From Bacteroidia bacterium (GTDB lineage Bacteria; Bacteroidota; Bacteroidia; NS11-12g; UBA9320), in contig CBDCFW010000006.1 of assembly GCA_965216465.1 (NCBI GenBank), positions 576,001 through 640,000 of the forward strand: a stretch of DNA of 64,000 nucleotides, in the 5' to 3' direction. Positions within the stretch are counted from its first letter, which is position 1. Each line of letters opens with the position of its first letter. Positions 10,321 through 19,186 of this stretch are shown piece by piece. Below the pieces are notes generated by a model that was not told where the DNA came from, did no database searches, and saw only the letters and a list, made by a program, of their open reading frames with translations. The position numbers were made by a program, and so were the translations under genes.

Positions 10321-12037
10321 TTGCTAATGCATATACTTTATTGCACATCTTGAGCTCGTCATTTTTATGGGTAATAAAAACTGCAGTTTTACCTGCTTCT
10401 TTTAGCTTATTGATGGCTTCCAGTGTTTGTTGAACTGATTTAGTGTCCAAATTGTTTGTTGCCTCATCGAAAATAAACAGCTCTGCATCTTTATACAATG
10501 CCCGAGCTAAGGCAATTCGCTGACGTTGTCCGCCCGATATTTGGTTGCCCAATTCACCAACCGAAGTATCCAATCCTGATTCTAAGCCATCAACCCAATC
10601 CCAAAGATTTACTTGTTTCAAACACTCTTTAATTTTTTCGTGATCGATTTTATTTGGGTCTTGTAAAAAGGCAACATTTTCTAATATTGACCGATTAAGC
10701 ATAAAAACATCTTGCTTAACATACGAAAACAAATATCTATAGCCCTCAATATTCTCGTCAATAAGCTGACCGTCAATCTTAATCTCTCCTTTGTCTGGTT
10801 TAATCAGCGAAGCAATAACATTGACTAAGGTTGACTTTCCAGAACCACTCGGGCCAACAATACCGATAAAATCTCCTTTATTAATATCTACGCTGACCTC
10901 GTTCAGAATGGGTTCTTCTTCATGGTACGAAAAGCTCACATTTCTTAAGCTTATTTTCTCCTTAAATGGAATGTTGGTTATTGACTCACTGCTCGAATCA
11001 TAAGAGCTATTGTCGCTTGGTGTAAAGTAATCGAGAGCATAAGAGTTGGTTGCTAAGTTGTTTGATGACCCTAAAATTCGATTTACACTTGGAAGAAGTC
11101 GAAATGCCACACCAGCATATATTGAAATATACGTGATTAGGTTGTCGTTTCCTTTATTATAAATCAATGCAAAAAGCACTACGCATAAAATACCAGAAAT
11201 CGCCACCACCTCATAGATTCTCATCGGTATAAACTGCGAGCTAACATAAATAGACTGCTTCAAGTTAAATGACTCTTTCTTATTCTTATCGTACTCGTTA
11301 ATGAAATATTGAGTGCCATTCCATAGCTTGATATTAGCTATTCCATTGGTAAGTTGACTGATGTTTTCATAAATAACCGGATTGATTAAGTGCACCTTTT
11401 TGCCCTTCTTACCTAATCTACTTTTATTAAAATAAATCAATATCCCCGCTGTTGGTAAAATAGTAATGAAGGTAAAGAGAAATAAGAACGGTTTGTAAAT
11501 CAAAATTGCCCCTAGCATAAGCACTACGATTGCCAGTTCTGAAAGCAAAAGAATGCTCGGGATGATAACCATCTCCGGTAAAAATAGTGCAGCTCCAAAC
11601 AGCTCATTTATGATCTCCGAAGACTTTCTCTTTTTAAAATACAACAAGTCATTATGAGCAATCTCATGGTATCGTTTCGCCGAAATTTTATCGGTGGTTT
11701 CATAAGCAAACTTTACTTGAGCCTTATTAATTTGAACGATGATTATGTTCTTGAATACATATACTAAAAAGAGTAAACCTGTTATAATAGCCACAAATTG
11801 AATCTGGCTTTCTACTCCAAAAAGATTGGAAAGGTAGGCTGTAAATATGTTGTGTTGAATGAAGTTTGGTCGCAGAATAGAAAGTACCGTATGAAGTAAA
11901 ACTGAAATTCCGACAATCTCAAACAGGGCATTAAATACTCCCCAAAGCACCATAGTATAATAGCGGCGGCGTTGTTTAGGAGTGAATATGGCTAATAGAT
12001 TAACCCATATTTCGTTGATGCCTTTAAATCTGCTCAT
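10289..12037 (-). CDS. ABC exporter, fused TMD-NBD (PglK/MsbA-like)
   Basis: N-terminal TM helices, FRLLPSVNRI, Walker A GPSGSGKST, ISGGQRQRIALARA, FDEATNNLD. Confidence 0.9.
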   Translation of the reverse strand: MSRFKGINEIWVNLLAIFTPKQRRRYYTMVLWGVFNALFEIVGISVLLHTVLSILRPNFIQHNIFTAYLSNLFGVESQIQFVAIITGLLFLVYVFKNIIIVQINKAQVKFAYETTDKISAKRYHEIAHNDLLYFKKRKSSEIINELFGAALFLPEMVIIPSILLLSELAIVVLMLGAILIYKPFLFLFTFITILPTAGILIYFNKSRLGKKGKKVHLINPVIYENISQLTNGIANIKLWNGTQYFINEYDKNKKESFNLKQSIYVSSQFIPMRIYEVVAISGILCVVLFALIYNKGNDNLITYISIYAGVAFRLLPSVNRILGSSNNLATNSYALDYFTPSDNSSYDSSSESITNIPFKEKISLRNVSFSYHEEEPILNEVSVDINKGDFIGIVGPSGSGKSTLVNVIASLIKPDKGEIKIDGQLIDENIEGYRYLFSYVKQDVFMLNRSILENVAFLQDPNKIDHEKIKECLKQVNLWDWVDGLESGLDTSVGELGNQISGGQRQRIALARALYKDAELFIFDEATNNLDTKSVQQTLEAINKLKEAGKTAVFITHKNDELKMCNKVYALANEKLVETEKI

Positions 12038-12846
12038 TCAATAATTTTTAGCATTTTTAGTTCGACAAGAATAGGTGTATATCCAGCAACTTTACTATTG
12101 CCTTCAGGACCAAAGGCTTGGCTTGAAGGTACAACGGCTCTTATGCTCTCCCCTTCAGTTAACTGACTGACTAAAAATCGAATACCCGGTAGAATTGATT
12201 GGTCATCAACATCAAATATTAAGGGGTCCCCCTCTTTGCTAAACGCTATTAAATCTCTATTGATAGAAGTAATAGAGTATTCTATTTCAGCTTTCTGATA
12301 ATCTGTTTCTGTATCCTTAAAATCGTTTAGATACTCATAATAGATTCCAGTTGTAGAGTCTAAGCTACCATTCCATCTGTTTTGCTCAATAAACCTTTTA
12401 ATAGCTCCATCTTCATACGCTCGCTTATGTGCTAAATATTCGAAGGGATTCAATACATCTCTAACCCAAATTTTGACGGTTATTAATTCTTCTTTTTCCA
12501 ATGTCAATGGCACCACTCCTCCTAATGAGGTATAAAATTCATTCGCTGAAAGTTTAAGTTCAACAAAATCTTCGATACACGTTTGGCTAATAAGTTTAAA
12601 AACATTGGATGCAGTATCTATTAAGCTTTTACTTAATTCTACCTTACGATTTAAGTCGTTGGTGTTGAGATAAACAGAGTCATTGGCATCTGTTGAGGTA
12701 ATATCAATCAACCAATATTTCTTGTTCACATAATTGCAGGTATCGCCGCCTCGGTTGTATGATATTTCTCCTAGCTTCTGATCACCTTGCTCTTTACACG
12801 AAGCAATGGTCAATGCACAACAAAGTATAAACAGTAGTTTTTTCAT
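12034..12846 (-). CDS. FKBP-type peptidyl-prolyl isomerase lipoprotein (GldI-like)
   Basis: Lipobox TIASC; TGIYY; ILPGI...GESIRAVVPSSQAFG...YTPILVEL; downstream of a DHH gene as usual in Bacteroidota. Confidence 0.75.
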   Translation of the reverse strand: MKKLLFILCCALTIASCKEQGDQKLGEISYNRGGDTCNYVNKKYWLIDITSTDANDSVYLNTNDLNRKVELSKSLIDTASNVFKLISQTCIEDFVELKLSANEFYTSLGGVVPLTLEKEELITVKIWVRDVLNPFEYLAHKRAYEDGAIKRFIEQNRWNGSLDSTTGIYYEYLNDFKDTETDYQKAEIEYSITSINRDLIAFSKEGDPLIFDVDDQSILPGIRFLVSQLTEGESIRAVVPSSQAFGPEGNSKVAGYTPILVELKMLKIIE

Positions 12847-13853
12847 TTTAAATATCTATCGTAGGATTTGATTGCATTTCTAAATTTATCAAGAGTCTTA
12901 TCAAGACTTTCAGTGCTAGCTCCTCCAGCTGCATTCTTGTGCCCTCCACCATTAAAATATTCAGCAGAAAACTCATTGCATGGAAACACGTCTCTACTTC
13001 TAAAACTCATTTTCACCAGTGGTCCTCTATCAATTATCAAAGCACTCATTTGTACTCCTTTTATACCAAGGCCGTAATTAACGAATCCTTCTGTGTCACC
13101 AGTTTTTACATGAAACCTTTCCAATTCTTCTAAAGTCATGTGTGCAAGTGCCACTTTACCATCTTCAATAACTTCAATTTTATTACCCAAGAAATATCCA
13201 AGCAATTGCAATCTTTCTAATCGATTTTGATCAAACAAGCTTTCATAGATGTGCGATGGTTGAACTCCCAAATCCATCAGATCTGCAGCAGTTCTTATGG
13301 TTTCACTGGTGGTGCTCCCATAACGAAATGAACCGGTATCGGTAATCAAACCTGTATAAATGCATTCACCAGCTTCCTTGGTTAGCAATTCTTTGTTTAA
13401 ATGAGTAGTTATGTATCGATAAATTAGCTCACAAGTTGAACTCGCACCAATGTCTACCATTCGTTCGTTATCAAAATCTTGAGGATCTCGATGGTGATCA
13501 ATTAATACAACATTTGCTTGGCACTCTGCAATTTTCTCACCCATCTCATTAATTCGGCTGAGCGCATTAAAGTCGAGGCAATAAACAACCCCCGCCTCAG
13601 CAATTAATTGATTTGCTTCATCTTCGTTTCCATGGTAGATGAGCACCTCGTTGTTGCCTGGTAGCCACCACAAAAAATCTGCATAATCTGTAGGAGTTAT
13701 TACCTTCGATTCGATGCCTGCAGCTCGCAAATAGTTCATCAAGCCTAAACTCGAACCCATGGCATCACCATCGGGTTTATGATGAGTAGTTATAACTATG
13801 TTGCCTGAATGTTTTCTTAAGTCTTCTAAGTTATGGTTTATCGTATTTTGCAC
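12843..13853 (-). CDS. nrnA: Bifunctional oligoribonuclease / PAP phosphatase (DHH family)
   Basis: HHKPDGDAMGS, IDHH, TDTGSFRY, SFRS, GGGHKNAAG. Confidence 0.9.
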   Translation of the reverse strand: MQNTINHNLEDLRKHSGNIVITTHHKPDGDAMGSSLGLMNYLRAAGIESKVITPTDYADFLWWLPGNNEVLIYHGNEDEANQLIAEAGVVYCLDFNALSRINEMGEKIAECQANVVLIDHHRDPQDFDNERMVDIGASSTCELIYRYITTHLNKELLTKEAGECIYTGLITDTGSFRYGSTTSETIRTAADLMDLGVQPSHIYESLFDQNRLERLQLLGYFLGNKIEVIEDGKVALAHMTLEELERFHVKTGDTEGFVNYGLGIKGVQMSALIIDRGPLVKMSFRSRDVFPCNEFSAEYFNGGGHKNAAGGASTESLDKTLDKFRNAIKSYDRYLK

Positions 13854-13897
13854 CTATAAAATTTGAAGCAAAACTCGTAAAAAGAAAGAGATAATTC

Positions 13898-13905
13898 TAT
13901 TTTTG
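13898..13905 (+). promoter_or_regulatory. -7 promoter element of ndk
   Basis: TATTTTTG matches TAnnTTTG, 21 nt before the ATG. Confidence 0.55.
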
Positions 13906-13926
13906 CCGCCTTAATTCGAAAAAACA

Positions 13927-14343
13927 ATGTCAAACATCACATTTACAATGATTAAGCCGGATGCAGTGTCAAAAGGCTACACAGGAAAAATCATCAACGA
14001 TATTATTGAAGGAGGTTTTTCTATCAAAGCGATGAAGTATCTTCACCTTTCAAAAGATAAGGCTGAAGCGTTTTATGGTATCCACAGAGAAAGACCATTT
14101 TTCAATGACCTTGTTGAATACATGACATCTGGACCAATCGTTGCAGCTGTTCTTGGAAAAGATAATGCAGTTGCTGATTACAGAACTTTAATTGGAGCTA
14201 CAAACCCAGCTGAAGCAGCTGAAGGAACAATCAGAAACAAGTACGCTGAGTCAATTGAAGCAAATGCGGTTCACGGTTCTGACAGCGATGAGAACGCTAA
14301 AGGAGAAGCATCTTTCTTCTTCTCGGAATTTGAAATGTACTAA
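13927..14343 (+). CDS. ndk: Nucleoside diphosphate kinase
   Basis: [27 protein letters not shown]. Confidence 0.98.
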   Translation: MSNITFTMIKPDAVSKGYTGKIINDIIEGGFSIKAMKYLHLSKDKAEAFYGIHRERPFFNDLVEYMTSGPIVAAVLGKDNAVADYRTLIGATNPAEAAEGTIRNKYAESIEANAVHGSDSDENAKGEASFFFSEFEMY

Positions 14344-14364
14344 GAGATTTTTTAACTAAATATG

Positions 14365-14403
14365 AATGGGCTATTGACGTTTGTCGTTTTTAGCCCATTT
14401 TTT
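14365..14403 (+). terminator. Intrinsic terminator after ndk
   Basis: AATGGGCTA (14365-14373) pairs with TAGCCCATT (14391-14399), followed by a T run. Confidence 0.7.
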
Positions 14404-14457
14404 ATGGTTATTTATGTAGGCTCAACACAATTTTTCGTAATTTGAACCTTTATATAT

Positions 14458-16542
14458 ATGATGATGTTCAGAAACAAACTATTTATACTATTACCTTTCG
14501 TTTTTATTGCTTTTGGATTTTACCTCAAGGCTCAAGACGAAGGCGAAGATATTTTACTCCGGGCGGTTAATGTTAGCCTTCAAAATGCACACTACGATCC
14601 CGTAAAAATAGATGACAATTTCTCTGAAAAAGGTTTCGACTTATATCTCGATAACGTTGACCCTAATAAACGATTGTTTTTGAAATCAGATATTGAGGAG
14701 ATGACCAAACACAAGTACCTTCTCGATGAACAAACGCGAAATGGCACCTATGAGTTTTTTGATCTTTCGTTAAACATCATCAATCAAAGAACTGCACAAA
14801 CTGAAAAATTCTTCAATGAAATTTTAGCTCAGCCATTTGATTTTACACAAAATGAATCGGTTGATTTCAACGATAGTATGCCCTACGCTGCTTCAGAAGA
14901 CGAATTGTTCAATAGATGGCACAAATATTTGAAATACAATGTGCTAACTCGTTTGCATTCTGACATCCTCGCACAAGAAAAAGCAGTTGAAAATAACGAC
15001 TCTGGTTTTGTAGCTCAATCATTCGATTCACTTGAACGCAAGGCACGTAAAGGAGTGCTTAAAACTCATGTAGATTGGTACAAGCGTCTAAATCGTTTGG
15101 AGCGTAAAGATAGACTTGCCGTGTACATCAACAGTTTAACCACTGTTTACGATCCACATACGAACTACTTCCCTCCTGCAGATAAAGATAATTTCGATAT
15201 TCAAATGTCAGGAAGGCTGGAAGGAATTGGAGCTCAACTTCAAGATAAAGATGGCTATATTAGAATTACACGAATTATTCCTGGTGGACCTTCATCATTG
15301 CAAGGAGATCTTAAAGCCAATGATTTAATATTGGCTGTTGCACAAGAAGACGAAGATCCTGTTGATATAGTAGATTGGCGAATTGATGATGCCGTTAAAT
15401 TGATTCGAGGGAAAAAAGGAACTAAGGTTACACTAACCGTACGTAAGCCTGACGGGGCAGAACAAGATGTCACTATTACCAGAGACATTGTTGTACTTGA
15501 AGAAACCTACGCAAAATCGTTGATTATCAACGATGTAGATAATTTAAAGTCTGGATATATCTTCCTTCCTAGCTTCTATGCAGACTTTAGAAATCCTGCA
15601 GGAAGATTTAGTTGGAAAGATGTTAAAGCAGAGGTTGAAAAACTAAAAGCTGCTGGAGTACAAGGCATTATTCTAGACTTAAGAAACAATGGGGGCGGTT
15701 CACTCGATGATGTAGTGAAAATGGCCGGATTGTTTATCGACGAAGGACCAATTGTACAAGTAAAAGAAAAAGGTAGAAAAGCTCATGTGCTCGAAGATCG
15801 TAGATCTGGAGCTGAATGGGAAGGAGCACTGGTAATCATGGTTAATGAATTTAGTGCTTCTGCTTCTGAGATTATGGCTGCTGCAATGCAAGACTATAAT
15901 CGAGCAGTAATCATTGGATCGTCTTCTACACATGGTAAAGGCACCGTTCAACGCTTTTTACCTCTTAATCAGACGCTGAGAAGTAAAAACATCCCAGATT
16001 TAGGAAGTGTAAAATTAACTATCCAAAAGTTCTATAGAATTAATGGCGATGCCACCCAACTTAAAGGTGTAAGCTCAGATGTTCTGTTGCCTGACAACTA
16101 CATGTACTTGGAAACAGGTGAAAAAGAGCACGATTACCCCATGGAGTGGGATCAAATCTCAAGCTCAAGCTACGATAGTAGAGGCTATAGCGTACCAAAC
16201 AGAGTAATTAAAAAGAGTAAGGCAAGAGTTTCTGCAAATGAAACATTCAAGCTCATAGAAGAAAATGCTCAACGTTGGGAAGCTCAAAGAGAATCAACTT
16301 CTTACTCACTTAACTTCGAAGAGTATAAGTCTAATGAAGCAAAAGAAAAGGAAGAAGGAGAAAAATATAAGGCCATAGGAAAAGAACCTATTCCTGATTT
16401 CACTGTGGTTAATGTTCCTAGTGATGAAGAAGAGATCAACAAAGAAGAATCTCGTAAAAAAAGAAATGAAGAATGGATTAAAGGAGTACAAAAAGATCCT
16501 TACATCTATGAGGCTCTTCAAATCATTGAAGACTGGAATTAA
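14458..16542 (+). CDS. prc: Carboxy-terminal processing (tail-specific) protease, S41A
   Basis: DPHTNY, LEGIGAQL (PDZ), DLRNNGGG, SASASEI, GKGTVQ, KFYRING, TQLKGV. Confidence 0.92.
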   Translation: MMMFRNKLFILLPFVFIAFGFYLKAQDEGEDILLRAVNVSLQNAHYDPVKIDDNFSEKGFDLYLDNVDPNKRLFLKSDIEEMTKHKYLLDEQTRNGTYEFFDLSLNIINQRTAQTEKFFNEILAQPFDFTQNESVDFNDSMPYAASEDELFNRWHKYLKYNVLTRLHSDILAQEKAVENNDSGFVAQSFDSLERKARKGVLKTHVDWYKRLNRLERKDRLAVYINSLTTVYDPHTNYFPPADKDNFDIQMSGRLEGIGAQLQDKDGYIRITRIIPGGPSSLQGDLKANDLILAVAQEDEDPVDIVDWRIDDAVKLIRGKKGTKVTLTVRKPDGAEQDVTITRDIVVLEETYAKSLIINDVDNLKSGYIFLPSFYADFRNPAGRFSWKDVKAEVEKLKAAGVQGIILDLRNNGGGSLDDVVKMAGLFIDEGPIVQVKEKGRKAHVLEDRRSGAEWEGALVIMVNEFSASASEIMAAAMQDYNRAVIIGSSSTHGKGTVQRFLPLNQTLRSKNIPDLGSVKLTIQKFYRINGDATQLKGVSSDVLLPDNYMYLETGEKEHDYPMEWDQISSSSYDSRGYSVPNRVIKKSKARVSANETFKLIEENAQRWEAQRESTSYSLNFEEYKSNEAKEKEEGEKYKAIGKEPIPDFTVVNVPSDEEEINKEESRKKRNEEWIKGVQKDPYIYEALQIIEDWN

Positions 16543-16562
16543 TTCTCAACTAAAATATTGAA

Positions 16563-16598
16563 GCCCCCCCAAAGCTTTGGGGATGGGAGGACCTTTTT
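16563..16598 (+). terminator. GC-rich hairpin, probable terminator after prc
   Basis: Palindrome CCCCAAAGCTTTGGGG followed shortly by a T run; geometry is imperfect. Confidence 0.4.
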
Positions 16599-16675
16599 GT
16601 ATCTGGTCATTTCAGTTATAACGATTATAAATTCACTTTTCTCGTTTGCATCACGTGAATTTTCAAGGGTTTGAT

Positions 16676-16683
16676 TAAATTTG
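16676..16683 (+). promoter_or_regulatory. -7 promoter element of the AAA operon
   Basis: TAAATTTG matches TAnnTTTG, 25 nt before ATG 16709. Confidence 0.55.
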
Positions 16684-16708
16684 GGCAACTAATATTTTAA
16701 AACAAACT

Positions 16709-18073
16709 ATGTCAGATTCCTTTGATTTACTTGACCAACTAGGGGACCAAGAAAAAGTAGAAGCTCTAAAAGCAAAAATTGAAAAAAAGACCAGCACAGA
16801 TATCTCGTCTAAGCTGGACAAAATTGAACAAGAAATAGAAAAAGCAGTTGAAGAAAATCGCTCAACTGAAGATATCGTTTCGGGCATTATCAATGCCAAT
16901 TTTGAAACATTAAATGGAGATGTAAATGCTACTGAAGCTGATCTTCAAGAATTGATGCTCCACCTGAGATCGATGCTCGATAGTTGTGGGGGTGAATTTG
17001 CCAACTTACAAGAGTTGAATGATTCAGAATTAAAACTTATTGATAAGGCGACTAAAGCTCGTGAAGTTGCTGAAAAAGAAGCTAGCGATGCAGAGTCGAT
17101 GTCAAATGCATGGAATATCCTGTTTGGGTACAAGAACCGCAAGGTAAAAGCCACAAAAACCGATCTTACTAAAAAAATTGAGTTGTTAAAAGCTGCTGAA
17201 GCAGAGGCCCAAAGAAGATATCGTGAGCGTTTAAAAAATGCGGATATTGGTGAAAGTTTAAATCGAATCATTAGCCAAGTTCAAGGCATGGTTGGCATCG
17301 TAGAAAACATGATTGTTGATGTTGATGGCCAAATCGGTGCGTTGAAAAATCGTAAAGAGCTTGCATTCGATACCAAAGAGAAAGCAGCTCGAATAATGGA
17401 AGAGCGTAAAACAGACCTGGATGATGTTGAAGTTAAACTCAAAAGTGCTGAAGCCGAGTTAACAGAGTTAGCCAATAACAGCCCTGAGTACACCGAGCAA
17501 GAAAAGAAGATTGCAGATCTTAAAGAGATGCGTGCGAACCTTAAAGGTAAATTCAATATTGCTTTGGGTATTTTCCAGTCTAAAGAAAGATTCGTTGATC
17601 AAATTGTGGTTCACTTAGAAGCACAAACTACAACTAAGAATAACCTGAAACAATTAATTGGACAACTGAAGAGTGACACCGAAGAAAGGGTTACAACTTA
17701 CGAATCAGGCTTACAGCTTATCCAATCAGCAACTGCACAAGAAGCCGCTTCAATGTATGAAGAAGCAGGGGTTAAAACCGATCAGAAGATTACTGAAATT
17801 GCGGCTAAAGTTCTTGTTGGTTCTGAAAAAGATAGAATTGAGCGTGTGAAGAAACATCCTCAAAGAATGACTGAATTGCATAAGGTTCTTGTTGCCATGG
17901 CTGAAGCTACCGCAAAATATAAGGAAGAGGATGCAAAGCTAATGGAGGAACACAGCAAAAAATTTGGAATTAATGTAACTGAAACATTCTCTTCAAGCTA
18001 CGAAGGCAAGGCAGATACGCCAACTGAAGAGTCAAAAGGAAATGACAACTCTGTAGATAATTTAATGGATTAA
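16709..18073 (+). CDS. Uncharacterised all-helical coiled-coil protein
   Basis: 454 aa, K/E/A/L-rich heptads, very few Pro, one short amphipathic segment SNAWNILFGYK, no signal peptide. Confidence 0.75.
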   Translation: MSDSFDLLDQLGDQEKVEALKAKIEKKTSTDISSKLDKIEQEIEKAVEENRSTEDIVSGIINANFETLNGDVNATEADLQELMLHLRSMLDSCGGEFANLQELNDSELKLIDKATKAREVAEKEASDAESMSNAWNILFGYKNRKVKATKTDLTKKIELLKAAEAEAQRRYRERLKNADIGESLNRIISQVQGMVGIVENMIVDVDGQIGALKNRKELAFDTKEKAARIMEERKTDLDDVEVKLKSAEAELTELANNSPEYTEQEKKIADLKEMRANLKGKFNIALGIFQSKERFVDQIVVHLEAQTTTKNNLKQLIGQLKSDTEERVTTYESGLQLIQSATAQEAASMYEEAGVKTDQKITEIAAKVLVGSEKDRIERVKKHPQRMTELHKVLVAMAEATAKYKEEDAKLMEEHSKKFGINVTETFSSSYEGKADTPTEESKGNDNSVDNLMD

Positions 18074-18087
18074 CGCAGAGCATATAG

Positions 18088-19185
18088 GTGAAACCAATTG
18101 ACATAAATAATCATTTTACGTCCTTAGACCGAAGTGTCTTGGACGGAGAAAATGCCTATACTGCCTATTTCGGATATGTAAAAAATGCCTTAGATATTCT
18201 CTTAAGCTCATTTAACAGAATTCCAAGTCATAATCCTTTAGAGGTGGTTATGCTTAAGAAGTTTGCTCAAAAATTCTTGCATACCATTGAAGCCTTTCGG
18301 TTGAAGTATAACTTCGACGAGAATCAATCGATGTTGGTTGATTTAACGGAAAGTAGTTTTCCTAATTTCTTAGAATTTAAACGGTTACAAGATGACTTGC
18401 ACAAACGTGAGGCTCAGCTGAAGTCACTTCCGAACAAGGACACATTAAAGCAGAATATTTTAGATGCACTAATTCGAAATCATAAAGATCCGAATCGACT
18501 GCTTCAGCAGCTGAGTAAACGCAACTATTATTCGAGTTTAGAAATACATAAACTGTTTTTTGAGTTTACTCCTGGTAAAATTGAGTTAATCAAACAGCAC
18601 GATGATAAAGAAGAAACAAGAACCTACTTTTATTCTTGGGCTTCTTTTGACAGTGTTACCAACAAACCTTATGTATACACAATGGTGTTTGACAATCCAA
18701 CCAACACCAAGCATAGCGGTGGCGACATCAAGCGAGACCATGACTTTATCGAGGTCATAAAACGATGTACACACAACAGCGCACCGCTAAAAGTGGTTGC
18801 ATCAGATATTGATAATTCATACGAGAATATCTACCCAAAAGTGCTTAAACGAATTGAGTTGGGTCCAATTTATGGGAAGTATAGCCAAGACAAACATCCC
18901 TTTACGCTTATGCTTCGAAATCATTTTTCGGAAGAAGATTTCATTTTAACCTATCAAACCGAAATTGTTTTCTCGGTAGGTCAAAAGCGAACTTCCTCAT
19001 TTCTATCGAAGGGTGAATTGAGACAAGTATTTCATGTTGACGAGTCAAATAAAGACTGCATGGAAAAAATGATATCTCAACTCGACAAATATATGATTAC
19101 CTCGCATCGCGTACTGCAATACATTAACGATACTCAGCCAGAGGCATTAAAAGAACTTACTGTTCCTGCCTACGTATATAATTGA
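18088..19185 (+). CDS. Hypothetical cytoplasmic protein
   Basis: 365-aa ORF, GTG start 14 nt after the previous stop and ending 1 nt before the ATPase start; no motif recognised. Confidence 0.75.
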   Translation: MKPIDINNHFTSLDRSVLDGENAYTAYFGYVKNALDILLSSFNRIPSHNPLEVVMLKKFAQKFLHTIEAFRLKYNFDENQSMLVDLTESSFPNFLEFKRLQDDLHKREAQLKSLPNKDTLKQNILDALIRNHKDPNRLLQQLSKRNYYSSLEIHKLFFEFTPGKIELIKQHDDKEETRTYFYSWASFDSVTNKPYVYTMVFDNPTNTKHSGGDIKRDHDFIEVIKRCTHNSAPLKVVASDIDNSYENIYPKVLKRIELGPIYGKYSQDKHPFTLMLRNHFSEEDFILTYQTEIVFSVGQKRTSSFLSKGELRQVFHVDESNKDCMEKMISQLDKYMITSHRVLQYINDTQPEALKELTVPAYVYN

Positions 19186-19186
19186 T

